From NCBI GenBank assembly GCA_965221775.1, contig CBDCSU010000005.1:128001-192000 (forward strand): DNA of 64,000 nucleotides, given 5' to 3'. The DNA comes from Candidatus Latescibacterota bacterium (GTDB lineage Bacteria > Latescibacterota > UBA2968 > UBA8231). Position numbers and translations under genes: made by a program. This document shows positions 1-8,188 of this stretch, piece by piece (position 1 is the stretch's first letter; the number at the start of each line of letters is the position of its first letter). The notes beneath the pieces were generated by a model. That model was not told the DNA's origin. It saw only the letters and a list, made by a program, of their open reading frames with translations, and did not search any database.

Positions 1-397
1 CCATCTCCTCAACCGTCAGGCCGTGGTCGCCCGTCCAGGAAACCGCTTCGAGATCCTCGACGCCGGGGGTGAGATCGGCCGCCAGGTGGTGCTTCTGCAC
101 CTTGTCCTCGAAGCGGCCCATGCCGGTCTCTTCGAGGGCCATGCGGGAGAACGTCTCGGCGTGATCGCGGGTCGTCTGCCGGATCGCCTCGACGATCTTG
201 CGCCGCAGCTCCAGACTCTCGTCGACGAGGGCCTTCTGCGCCCGGGCAGCGGCGGCCACCGCCTCGTCGGCGGAACGGAACAGCCCGGCCCCGGACCCGT
301 CCGCCGACGAGGGGGACCGGGCGGACTCCGACCCGACGACCTGCTGCACCACCTCCTCGACGATGCGGCGGACCCGCTCTTCGCTCACCTTGGACAC
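1..397 (-). CDS. EutE/PduP-family acylating aldehyde dehydrogenase, 5' part (truncated by window start), with N-terminal BMC encapsulation peptide
   Basis: Not in the ORF track. Hand translation from GTG at 397: MSKVSEERVRRIVEEVVQQVVGSESARSPSSADGSGAGLFRSADEAVAAAARAQKALVDESLELRRKIVEAIRQ...ALEETGMGRFEDKVQKHHLAADLTPGVEDLEAVSWTGDHGLTVEEM. ETGMGRxEDK, TPGVEDL and TGDxGLT are EutE/PduP hallmarks; the frame is open to position 2. Confidence 0.9.
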   Translation of the reverse strand, partial: MSKVSEERVRRIVEEVVQQVVGSESARSPSSADGSGAGLFRSADEAVAAAARAQKALVDESLELRRKIVEAIRQTTRDHAETFSRMALEETGMGRFEDKVQKHHLAADLTPGVEDLEAVSWTGDHGLTVEEM

Positions 398-408
398 GGT
401 GGTCCCCG

Positions 409-675
409 TCAGATGCCGGCGGCGCTCTTGAGCTTGTCGATGGGCCGCGGGATGACGTGCACGCTGCGCAGCTCCCCCACGGCCTGGGCCGCCTGGGCCC
501 CGGCGTCGACGGCCGACTTCACCGAGGCCACGTCCCCTTCCACCACCACCGACACCAGGCCTCCGCCCACGCGCTTCTGCCCCGCGAAGCGGACGTCCGC
601 CGTCTTCAGCATCGCGTCCAGCGCCTCCACCGCCGCCGCCAGACCCCGCGTCTCCACCATGCCGAGAGCACTCAT
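409..675 (-). CDS. BMC hexamer shell protein (BMC-H, EutM/PduA-like)
   Basis: ALGMVETRG...[12 protein letters not shown]...[23 protein letters not shown]...HVIPRP; 88 aa, single BMC domain. Confidence 0.95.
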   Translation of the reverse strand: MSALGMVETRGLAAAVEALDAMLKTADVRFAGQKRVGGGLVSVVVEGDVASVKSAVDAGAQAAQAVGELRSVHVIPRPIDKLKSAAGI

Positions 676-687
676 GACCGTTCCTCC

Positions 688-1245
688 TCAGCCCAGATAG
701 AGGGAAAGGACCGCTTCGGACGGACGGGCGATGACGTGGCGGGTCAGGAGCTCGCCCACTCGTTCCGCCGCCTCCGCCCCCGAGGTGACCGCCGACTGCA
801 CGCTGCCCACGTCCCCGGTGACCAGGACCGTCATGTAGCCGCCTCCGATCTCCTGCACCCGGACGACCTCCACCTCCGCCGCCTTCTCCATGGCGTCGGC
901 GGCCTCGATGACACCCGTCGAGCCGCGGGTTTCCACCAAGCCCAGGGCGCGGACGCCGCTCACCTCCCCGCCTCCCTTCGACGGCAGGATCGCCCCCAGG
1001 TCGGAATGAGGGCGGGGAATCACGTGCACGGCGCGCACCTCCCCGACCTTCGACGCCTCCTGGGCGCCGGCGTCGACGGCCGACTTCACGGCCGCCACGT
1101 CACCGCCGCAGAAGACGGTGGCCATGCCCGAGCCCACCCGGTCCCAGCCCAGCAGCTCCACCTTCGCCGCTTTGGATATCGCGTCTCCCCCGGCGATGAT
1201 GCCCGTGAGCCCCACGGTCTCCAACATGCCAAGAGCCTCTGTCAT
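688..1245 (-). CDS. Tandem two-domain BMC shell protein (BMC-T)
   Basis: 185 aa containing two complete non-permuted BMC domains (ALGMLET...[10 protein letters not shown]...HVIPRP and ALGLVETRG...[10 protein letters not shown]...HVIARP). Confidence 0.92.
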   Translation of the reverse strand: MTEALGMLETVGLTGIIAGGDAISKAAKVELLGWDRVGSGMATVFCGGDVAAVKSAVDAGAQEASKVGEVRAVHVIPRPHSDLGAILPSKGGGEVSGVRALGLVETRGSTGVIEAADAMEKAAEVEVVRVQEIGGGYMTVLVTGDVGSVQSAVTSGAEAAERVGELLTRHVIARPSEAVLSLYLG

Positions 1246-1532
1246 CTCTCTCCTGCCTGCTCGGAAGCGCTATCGATGTGAACCCGGTCGACTCGCCCGA
1301 TGATGGCGGCGTCGGCCGGAACCCTGTCCTCGAAGGCGTTGCATGCCTCGCGGGAAACCTCGACAACCACCAGGTCTCCCTCCGCCATGGCCTGCCAACC
1401 GACGGCCACCTCGGGATCGCCCACGCCCCGCAGCTCGCCGTCCACGTCCTGCACCAGGTGCAGGCTCTTGTCGCGGTACGGCTCGACCGTCCGTGACAGA
1501 ACCACCTGCCCGAGGACGCGGGCGAGCTTCAC
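1242..1532 (-). CDS. BMC vertex pentamer (EutN/CcmL family), divergent
   Basis: [11 protein letters not shown]...GDLVVV...[10 protein letters not shown]; 4-bp overlaps with both neighbours. Confidence 0.85.
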   Translation of the reverse strand: MKLARVLGQVVLSRTVEPYRDKSLHLVQDVDGELRGVGDPEVAVGWQAMAEGDLVVVEVSREACNAFEDRVPADAAIIGRVDRVHIDSASEQAGER

Positions 1533-1789
1533 GGCGGCTCTTCGGCGCCGTCTAGGATACCCACGACGACGCTGCGCACGGGAGGGAACTCCAGGCCCGT
1601 CACCGCGCTGCCGGCGGCGCCCGAATCGGCCACCAGGACCCGGCAGCCGGGACCGGCGCCCACGGCGTCGACCGCCAGTTGCAGGGCGGCGGCGCCGTCG
1701 CCGTCGTCGACCACCAGGATCCGGCGATGGTCGAGGGCGGGATGATGCTCGGCGGCCACCACGTTGCCGATGACCCGCGCCACTCTCAT
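1529..1789 (-). CDS. BMC vertex pentamer (EutN/CcmL family)
   Basis: MRVARVIGNVVA...AVDAVGAGPGCRVLV...SVVVGILD. Confidence 0.9.
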   Translation of the reverse strand: MRVARVIGNVVAAEHHPALDHRRILVVDDGDGAAALQLAVDAVGAGPGCRVLVADSGAAGSAVTGLEFPPVRSVVVGILDGAEEPP

Positions 1790-2088
1790 GCGGCAGCCTG
1801 GACGAATCGACGGCCGCCGGAGGTCACCGAGTCGACGATGCCCACGAGAACGGCATCCACGGGCAGGTCACCCATCCCCGGGCTCTGACGGGCGGAGCTG
1901 CCTTGCACCAGGAGGACGACCTGGCCCTGGCCGGCGCCCACGGAGTCGACGCAGACCAGGTGCCTGCGAGTGGGAAGGGCTTCCTCGCCATCGACGGTGA
2001 GCAACTCCACGAGCAGCAGTCTCCGGCCCTCGAGAGTGGCGACCTTGGCCGAGGCCACCGCCTGCCCCTTGACCCGCGCCAGGACCAT
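1786..2088 (-). CDS. BMC vertex pentamer (EutN/CcmL family)
   Basis: MVLARVKGQAVASAK...LEGRRLLLV...VDSVGAGQGQVVLLVQGSSAR...PVDAVLVGIVD. Confidence 0.93.
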   Translation of the reverse strand: MVLARVKGQAVASAKVATLEGRRLLLVELLTVDGEEALPTRRHLVCVDSVGAGQGQVVLLVQGSSARQSPGMGDLPVDAVLVGIVDSVTSGGRRFVQAAA

Positions 2089-2094
2089 CTCGCT

Positions 2095-3363
2095 TCAGGA
2101 CACGGCCGCGGGCTCGTGCAGAGCCAGGTTCCTGAGTCCCGCCCGGATGTCGTCGCCGTCGTATCCGTAGTATCCGGCGATGCGCTGCACCACGTCGTCC
2201 ATCAGCACGTCCGGGCAACTGGCGCCGGAGGTGATCACCAGGCGCGCGGGCAACTCCTCCGGAAGCCACATCCCGGTCTCGACGACCTCCTTCCGGTGGA
2301 TGTCGTAGTGGCGGATGCGCTCGCGGGACAGCAGGTCGGCGGCCGAACCGATCAGGTAGCTCGGCATCACCCGTTCGCAGATCTCCACCAGGTGAGAGGT
2401 GTTGGAGCTGTTGTAGCCGCCGACGATGACGGCCAGGTCCGGCTCGCTGTCGAGCAGCGCCCGGGTGGCGTTCTGGTTCCAGTTGGTGGCGTAGCACAGG
2501 GTGTCGGCCGTATCTGCAAAGTGATGGTCGAGGGCCTCGGAGCCGTAACGCTCGGCCATGGCGTCGCGGAGGATGGTGGCCACCTCCTTGGTCTCCTCGG
2601 CGAGCATCGTCGTCTGGTTGACGACGGCCACCCGCGCCAGGTCCCGCTCGGGGTCGAAGCCCTCCGACCACTTGCCCTCGAAGGCCTCGCGGAACTCGCC
2701 CACACCGGTCCGGCCGGTGACGTAGGCAGCCACCTTCAGCGCCTCTTCCCGGTCGAGGACGACAAGGGTCCTGCCGTACTGCTGGGTGTGCGAACGCGTG
2801 GCCTGCGTCTCCTCGTGGCGGTACTTGCCGTGGATGATGATCGTGTAGCCCTCGCGGGCGAGCTCCTCGCCGCGGGTCCAGACCTTGGAAACGAAGGGAC
2901 AGGTGGTGTCGTAGTGCTCGCGAAACTCCTCCGACGCGGTGTCGATGCCGCTGCGCCGCAGGGATTCCTCGATCTCCCGCGTCGTCCCGAAGGCCGGTAT
3001 CAGGACGACATCGTCGGAGGAGATCTCCTCTTCGGAGACGAGGCGCTCCCCGTTCTGGTCGTGCATGAAGCGGACCCCCCGGCCCTCGAGGTCGTCGTTG
3101 ACCAGGGGATTGTGGATGATCTCGCTCACCAGGTTGAAGCGCTTGTCGGGATGCCGGTCCATGGCGGAGAAGGCCATGTGGATGGCCCGCTCCACGCCGT
3201 AGCAGAACCCGAAGTGGCGGGGGACGAGGACTTCGAGCTGGCCCACGGTCAGGCGGGTCGGCGCCAGCGAGCGCTTGCCCTCGTTCTCCCGGAAGTCCTT
3301 GATCCGCTGAATCACGGGGCCGGAGTAGTGATTGGGCACCCGATCGAACTGCTTGAAGGCCAT
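2095..3363 (-). CDS. ispH: 4-hydroxy-3-methylbut-2-enyl diphosphate reductase (IspH/LytB), long form
   Basis: FGFCYGVERA, EIIHNP, DTTCPFV, HGKYRHEET, NQTT, TLCYAT, GGYNSSNT, TSGASCPD motifs with three Fe-S cysteines; start moved to ATG 3363. Confidence 0.96.
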   Translation of the reverse strand: MAFKQFDRVPNHYSGPVIQRIKDFRENEGKRSLAPTRLTVGQLEVLVPRHFGFCYGVERAIHMAFSAMDRHPDKRFNLVSEIIHNPLVNDDLEGRGVRFMHDQNGERLVSEEEISSDDVVLIPAFGTTREIEESLRRSGIDTASEEFREHYDTTCPFVSKVWTRGEELAREGYTIIIHGKYRHEETQATRSHTQQYGRTLVVLDREEALKVAAYVTGRTGVGEFREAFEGKWSEGFDPERDLARVAVVNQTTMLAEETKEVATILRDAMAERYGSEALDHHFADTADTLCYATNWNQNATRALLDSEPDLAVIVGGYNSSNTSHLVEICERVMPSYLIGSAADLLSRERIRHYDIHRKEVVETGMWLPEELPARLVITSGASCPDVLMDDVVQRIAGYYGYDGDDIRAGLRNLALHEPAAVS

Positions 3364-3371
3364 GGCGCAGG

Positions 3372-3399
3372 AATCTATGGACCCCCCGGGGAGTGTCAA
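3372..3399 (-). promoter_or_regulatory. sigma70-like promoter for ispH and the BMC genes
   Basis: Minus strand TTGACA (3399-3394), 16 nt, TAGATT (3377-3372), then 8 nt to the ispH ATG. Confidence 0.6.
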
Positions 3400-3422
3400 A
3401 CCTATATTGGTTCCGCCAAACG

Positions 3423-4109
3423 ATGACCCGTCCGGTTCCCTCCATCACCGCCATCGCCCTCGTCAGCGGGGGCCTCGACAGTTGCGTCGCCCTCGCCGAA
3501 GCCGTGCGCCGGACGGCCGGCGAGGTGGCGGCCCTGCACGCCCGCTACGGCCAGCTGACCGAGAGCCGCGAGCGCCGGGCCTTCCTGGAGATCGCCGATC
3601 ACTACGGCCTCGCGCACCGCCGGGAGGTCGACCTGCGCTACCTGCGGGAGCTCGGCGGATCGAGCCTGACCGACCGGGGAATCCCCATCTCCGGGGCAAA
3701 CCCTCGCGCCGGAGAGGTCCCGTCAACCTACGTGCCCTTCCGCAACGCCAGCCTCCTTTCGGCGGCCGTCGCCTGGGCCGAGGTTCTCGGCGCCCCGGAG
3801 ATCTACTGCGGCGCCCACGCGCCCGGCTCGCCCTACCCGGATACGCAGCCCGCCTTCTTCGGCGCCTTCGGCCGTCTGGTGGAGGCGGCGACTCCGCCCT
3901 CTGTGCGGATCGGCGTGCGCACGCCCCTGCTCCATCTCGACAAGGCGGCCATCGTCCGCCGCGGCATGCAGCTGGCAGCACCGCTGGACCTCACCTGGTC
4001 CTGCTACCTCGACACCGAGTCCCCCTGCGGCGACTGCCACAGTTGCCGCCTCCGGTCCCGCGGCTTCGCCGCCGCGGGCCTTCCCGATCCCCTGGAGAGC
4101 CGATGCTGA
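3423..4109 (+). CDS. queC: 7-cyano-7-deazaguanine synthase
   Basis: SGGLDS PP-loop, YGQ, STYVPFRN, YPD, TWSCY...PCGDCHSCRLR zinc motif. Confidence 0.95.
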   Translation: MTRPVPSITAIALVSGGLDSCVALAEAVRRTAGEVAALHARYGQLTESRERRAFLEIADHYGLAHRREVDLRYLRELGGSSLTDRGIPISGANPRAGEVPSTYVPFRNASLLSAAVAWAEVLGAPEIYCGAHAPGSPYPDTQPAFFGAFGRLVEAATPPSVRIGVRTPLLHLDKAAIVRRGMQLAAPLDLTWSCYLDTESPCGDCHSCRLRSRGFAAAGLPDPLESRC

Positions 4110-5686
4110 TCGGATACGTGAGTGACGAGCGCTACGTGGCCCTGCCGGACACGCTTCTGGAGTTCACCGGACCCGCGGGAGACGTGGTGCAGGCGCGGTC
4201 CGGCGCCTCCGGCGCCGTGTACGCGGATCTGCCGCCGGGCCCCTGGGAGGTGGTCCTCGCCCGCCAGGGCTACGGCAGCAAGCGCGTGAGCATCAGCGTC
4301 GTCGAGGGCCGCCCCTGTCACTTCCGGCTCCTCGCCGACGGGCTGCTGGGCTATGCCTGGCCCAAGTGGGTGCGCGGCGGCGAGCGCTCCGAGTTCCGCG
4401 TTCACAGCCACGAGGCCTACAAGCTGGAACTGTTCCGCTACGGCCGCGAGAAGGAGTTCGTGCGCACCATCGGCTGGTACGACGAGCACGGCCCCCGGGC
4501 GAACGTGCAGATCACGCCGGACGGGGACTACACGCAGACCGGGGTTCAGTGGAACCGCCACGGCTACACCAGCCCCCGCCATCCGCAGCAGGTGGCCGCA
4601 CCCGAGCGCAGCGGCCTCTACTACTTCCACGCTTCCACCGAAAGGGGCCGCTTCTTCTCGTTCCCGTGGATCGTGGCGCCCGCCGCCCCCGCAGCCCCGG
4701 TGGCGGTCCTGGCCAGCAACATCACCTGGAACGCCTACAACAACTTCGGCGGCCGCAGCAACTACATCCATCCCGACCGGGTGCCGCCCGTGCCGACGGT
4801 CAACGCCCGTCTCGACCTGGACCGCTACACCGACCCCGACCACGACACCTACGGAGCCGACGACTACGTCCCCCTCTCCTTCGACCGGCCCGAGCCGGTC
4901 AACCACATCCCCCTCCAGGCGCGGCTCACCGGCCCCATCGAGGGGCGCGCGGCCTGCCACCTGGCCGAGGCCGAGTGGCGCCTCCTCGGATGGATGGAGA
5001 GGCAGGGCTTCTGCTACGACCTTTGGGCGGAGACCCAGCTCCACTACGGCCAGCTGCGGCTCGACGACTACCGGGTCCTGGTGATCAGCACCCATCCCGA
5101 GTACTGGTCGGAGGAGATGTACCGCGCCGTGAAGTCCTGGGTCTTCGAGCGCGGCGGCAAGCTCATGTACCTGGGCGGCAACGGGCTCAACTGCAGAATC
5201 GAGATGCTCGACGAAGGTACGATGAAGGCCTTCAACGGCAACGCCCGGGAGCTCGCCCGCCGCGGGGCCGAGAGCCGCTTTCACCCCCAGGTCGAGTCGG
5301 AGGCCAACCTCCTCGGTGTCGTCTACTCCGAATCGGGCATCATGACCGCGGCGCCCTACCGGGTCATCGACGCCGGCCACTGGACTCTTGCCGGCACCGG
5401 CCTCGCCGAGGGCGACCGCTTCGGCCAGGCCAGCCTGCACATGAGGATCCCCGGCGGCGCCTCTGGACACGAGACAGACAAGACCTCGCCGAGCTCACCC
5501 GCCAACGTGCACGTCGTCGCCAAGGGGATGAACCCCGACGAGGGCGGCGGCGAGATCGTCCACTTCGACACCCGCAGCGGCGGCGAGGTGTTCTCCGTGG
5601 GCTCCATCACCTGGCCCGCCTCGATCCTCGTGGACGACGCCGTCTCCCGCATTACGGCGAACGTGCTGACCCGCTTCCTCGCCTGA
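4103..5686 (+). CDS. N,N-dimethylformamidase large-subunit-like protein with N-terminal carboxypeptidase-regulatory-like domain
   Basis: ATG at 4103 overlaps the queC stop. Motifs SGLYYF, TWNAYNNFGG, LSFDRP, EWRLLGWME, STHPEYWS, GGKLMYLGGN, SGHETD, GGEVFSVGSITW match the DMFase beta-subunit family as I recall it. Confidence 0.75.
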   Translation: MLIGYVSDERYVALPDTLLEFTGPAGDVVQARSGASGAVYADLPPGPWEVVLARQGYGSKRVSISVVEGRPCHFRLLADGLLGYAWPKWVRGGERSEFRVHSHEAYKLELFRYGREKEFVRTIGWYDEHGPRANVQITPDGDYTQTGVQWNRHGYTSPRHPQQVAAPERSGLYYFHASTERGRFFSFPWIVAPAAPAAPVAVLASNITWNAYNNFGGRSNYIHPDRVPPVPTVNARLDLDRYTDPDHDTYGADDYVPLSFDRPEPVNHIPLQARLTGPIEGRAACHLAEAEWRLLGWMERQGFCYDLWAETQLHYGQLRLDDYRVLVISTHPEYWSEEMYRAVKSWVFERGGKLMYLGGNGLNCRIEMLDEGTMKAFNGNARELARRGAESRFHPQVESEANLLGVVYSESGIMTAAPYRVIDAGHWTLAGTGLAEGDRFGQASLHMRIPGGASGHETDKTSPSSPANVHVVAKGMNPDEGGGEIVHFDTRSGGEVFSVGSITWPASILVDDAVSRITANVLTRFLA

Positions 5687-5694
5687 GGCACAAC

Positions 5695-5723
5695 TTGCCG
5701 GCCCCGAGGGCGTGGCCTAGTTT
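5695..5723 (+). promoter_or_regulatory. sigma70-like promoter for queF
   Basis: TTGCCG (5695-5700), 17 nt, TAGTTT (5718-5723), then 8 nt to ATG 5732. Confidence 0.45.
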
Positions 5724-5731
5724 CTCGGGGG

Positions 5732-6079
5732 ATGCCCCATCCCGAGGACCTCCTTGAGATCTTCCCGAACCCCGAACCGGGTCGGGAGTACACGATCGAC
5801 ATCGACTGTCCCGAGTTCACCTCGGTCTGTCCCAGGACCGGCCAACCGGACTTCGGTACCATCCATATCACCTATGTCCCGGGCGACAGCTGCCTGGAGC
5901 TCAAGTCTCTCAAGCTCTACCTGCAGTCCTATCGCCAGCAGGGCATCTTCTACGAAGCCGTGACCAACGCCATCCTCGATCATCTCGTGGCCGCATGCGC
6001 ACCCAGGCGGATGACCGTGGTCGGCGACTACAGCGCTCGCGGGGGCATCACCACCAAGGTGACCGCCGCCCACCCCTGA
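5732..6079 (+). CDS. queF: NADPH-dependent preQ0 reductase (unimodular QueF)
   Basis: [25 protein letters not shown] QueF motif, FYE, RGGI. Confidence 0.96.
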   Translation: MPHPEDLLEIFPNPEPGREYTIDIDCPEFTSVCPRTGQPDFGTIHITYVPGDSCLELKSLKLYLQSYRQQGIFYEAVTNAILDHLVAACAPRRMTVVGDYSARGGITTKVTAAHP

Positions 6080-6136
6080 CCGTACGGGGGCCGTGGCGCC
6101 ACGGCTTCGCCATCCATCTCATCGGAGCGTATTCCC

Positions 6137-7075
6137 ATGGCAGAATCCAGGGATGAAGAGGAGGTCGTCGCCGGCGAGGGCGAGGGCCAGCAGGGCAAGG
6201 ACAAGCCCTGGTATCCTTACATCACCAAGACCCAGTTCGAGAAGTTCCTCTCCCGACTGCAGAGCAAGGTTCCCGAGGAGATCGACCGCGACTACGTGCG
6301 CGCCATCATCCGCACGCCGTCCATGATCTACCGCTTCCTCCGCGGCGTCGAGGCCATGGGCCTGATCGACGCCGAGCAGCACCCCACGGACCGGCTGAAG
6401 AGCCTGGTGCAGAAGGAGTCCCGCCGGCAGGCCATCGCCGAGGTGCTCGACGACCTCTACCCCGAGCTGCTGGGCCAGTACCGCGACAGCAACGGCGAGA
6501 TGACCGACCGCGACATGGTCGCCTACTTCCGCCGCGAGACGGGGATGGGGAACGACTCGGCCAACAAGATGAAGATGTTCTTCAAGTACCTGCTCACCGA
6601 GGCCGAAGGTGGAGAGCCTGCCGCCGCCGCCGAAGAGGCTGAAGAGCCCCCCGAGGCCGAAGAGCCGAGCAAGGCCGACGCCGACAGCGCCCCGTCCCGG
6701 GAGAGCCGCGAGCCCCCGGCGCCGAGCTCCGGCAACGGGCGTCGCGGTGAGGCCCGGGCTCAGACATCCGACCGGCGGCCCCAGGGCCGGGGTGGAGACC
6801 GCGGCGACCGGGAACGCAGTGAACGCGGTGAGCGTGGAGAACGTGGGGACCGGGAGCGCGCCGAGCGGGGCGAAAGGGGAGAACGAGGAGAGCGGGAGCG
6901 AGACCGGGAACGATCGGTCAACAGCAACCGCCCCCTCACGGAGGCCCAGCGCGCCTACCTCGATACCCTCAAGTCCGTGTTGCGCGTCAACGTCGACGGC
7001 GACTGGGACGACGACATGATCCGCCTCGCCTTCGATCGGCTGGAGCGGCTGTTCGACCGCGTGCGGCGCAACTAG
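6137..7075 (+). CDS. Hypothetical protein: DUF5343-like N-terminal domain, E/R/G-rich disordered linker, short C-terminal helical domain
   Basis: PYIT..FEKFL..L...VPEEID..Y...MGLID....PTDRL..L...Y..L pattern recalls DUF5343; followed by an intrinsic terminator. Confidence 0.6.
   Translation: MAESRDEEEVVAGEGEGQQGKDKPWYPYITKTQFEKFLSRLQSKVPEEIDRDYVRAIIRTPSMIYRFLRGVEAMGLIDAEQHPTDRLKSLVQKESRRQAIAEVLDDLYPELLGQYRDSNGEMTDRDMVAYFRRETGMGNDSANKMKMFFKYLLTEAEGGEPAAAAEEAEEPPEAEEPSKADADSAPSRESREPPAPSSGNGRRGEARAQTSDRRPQGRGGDRGDRERSERGERGERGDRERAERGERGERGERERDRERSVNSNRPLTEAQRAYLDTLKSVLRVNVDGDWDDDMIRLAFDRLERLFDRVRRN
6790..6915 (+). repeat. Coding low-complexity repeat (ERG/DR)n
   Basis: Encodes GGDRGDRERSERGERGERGDRERAERGERGERGERERDRER with varied codons. 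Confidence 0.8.
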
Positions 7076-7097
7076 AGAGACAGGTCACAGAACCACC

Positions 7098-7144
7098 GCA
7101 GCCCCCGTCTCGTCCTGGGCGAGACGGGGGCTGCCGCTTTTTTC
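7098..7144 (+). terminator. Rho-independent terminator
   Basis: GCAGCCCCCGTCTCG-loop-CGAGACGGGGGCTGC (15-bp stem) followed by a T tract, between convergent genes. Confidence 0.9.
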
Positions 7145-7158
7145 GGGCGTTCCTTTCC

Positions 7159-8121
7159 CTACTCCTCCCACACCCCCATGGCCGAGAACTTTTCTACGCG
7201 CTGATCGATGAGGTCCTGCGGTTGCAGCGGACGCAGTTCGGCCAGGGCCTCCTGGATGTGGTGCTTCAGGCTCGAGGCGACCTGGTCGTAGTCGCGGTGA
7301 GCGCCGCCGAAGGGCTCGGGCACGACCCGGTCGATGACCTTGTGCTCGATCAGGTCCGCCGCCGAGAGCCTGAGGGCCTCGGCCGCCTCCTCCTTGCGGT
7401 CGCGCGTGCGGAAGAGGATGGTGGAGCAGCTCTCGGGGACGATCACCGAGTAGACGGCGTGCTCCAGCATCAGGACGCGGTCGCCCACGGTGATGCCGAT
7501 GGCCCCGCCGGAGAAGGCCTGACCGAGGATGGCCACCACGATCGGAACGGGCAGGTGGGACATCTCGTAGAGATTGCGGGCGATCGCCTCCGCCTGCCCC
7601 CGCTCCTCCGCCTCGACGCCGGGAAAGGCGCCCGACGTGTCCACCAGGGTCAGGATCGGGCGCCGGAACTTGGCCGCCATCTGCATCAGGCGCAGGGCCT
7701 TGCGGTAGCCCTCGGGATGGGGCATGCCGAAGTTGCGCATCTTGCGCTCGTCCACGTTGCGCCCGCCCTGGATGCCGACGACCATCAGCGGCTCGCCATC
7801 GAGACGGGCGGGACCGCCGACGATCGACTTGTCGTCACCGAAACAGCGGTCGCCGTGGAGCTCGACGAAGTCGGTGAGGATCCGCTCGATGTAGTCGAGG
7901 GCGTAGGGACGTTGCGGATGGCGGGAGAGCTGCACCCGCTGCCAGCGAGTGAGTCGGGAGTAGATCTCGCGGCGGAGCTTCTTGACGCGCTCCTCCAGGG
8001 AGCGGATCTCGCGGCTCAGGTCGAGGCCGTCCGTCTCGGCCTGAGCCTCCATGTCGCTGATGCGTTTCTCGAGCTCCAGGATGGGGCGCTCGAAGTCGAG
8101 ATGGAAGCTGTCGTCACTCAT
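7159..8121 (-). CDS. accA: Acetyl-CoA carboxylase carboxyltransferase alpha subunit
   Basis: [50 protein letters not shown]. Confidence 0.97.
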   Translation of the reverse strand: MSDDSFHLDFERPILELEKRISDMEAQAETDGLDLSREIRSLEERVKKLRREIYSRLTRWQRVQLSRHPQRPYALDYIERILTDFVELHGDRCFGDDKSIVGGPARLDGEPLMVVGIQGGRNVDERKMRNFGMPHPEGYRKALRLMQMAAKFRRPILTLVDTSGAFPGVEAEERGQAEAIARNLYEMSHLPVPIVVAILGQAFSGGAIGITVGDRVLMLEHAVYSVIVPESCSTILFRTRDRKEEAAEALRLSAADLIEHKVIDRVVPEPFGGAHRDYDQVASSLKHHIQEALAELRPLQPQDLIDQRVEKFSAMGVWEE

Positions 8122-8188
8122 GACCGGCGCCCGGGTTCGGGGGGAAGGCGGAGATCACTGGAGGAGACACCGATTCCCGGGATCTTCT

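Noticed and set aside
1868-5757. Long overlapping ORFs (1868-3454, 1903-3426, 4004-5470, 4366-5757) and the 784-aa start at 3332
   Set aside because: Arg/Pro/Gly-rich or antisense shadows of ispH, queC and the DMFase-like gene, expected in high-GC DNA. The first ~257 aa of 3332-5686 are an off-frame reading of queC.
6790-6915. Short periodic purine-rich repeats as a possible CRISPR array or VNTR
   Set aside because: No constant repeat with unique spacers and no cas genes; it is a degenerate in-frame amino-acid repeat.
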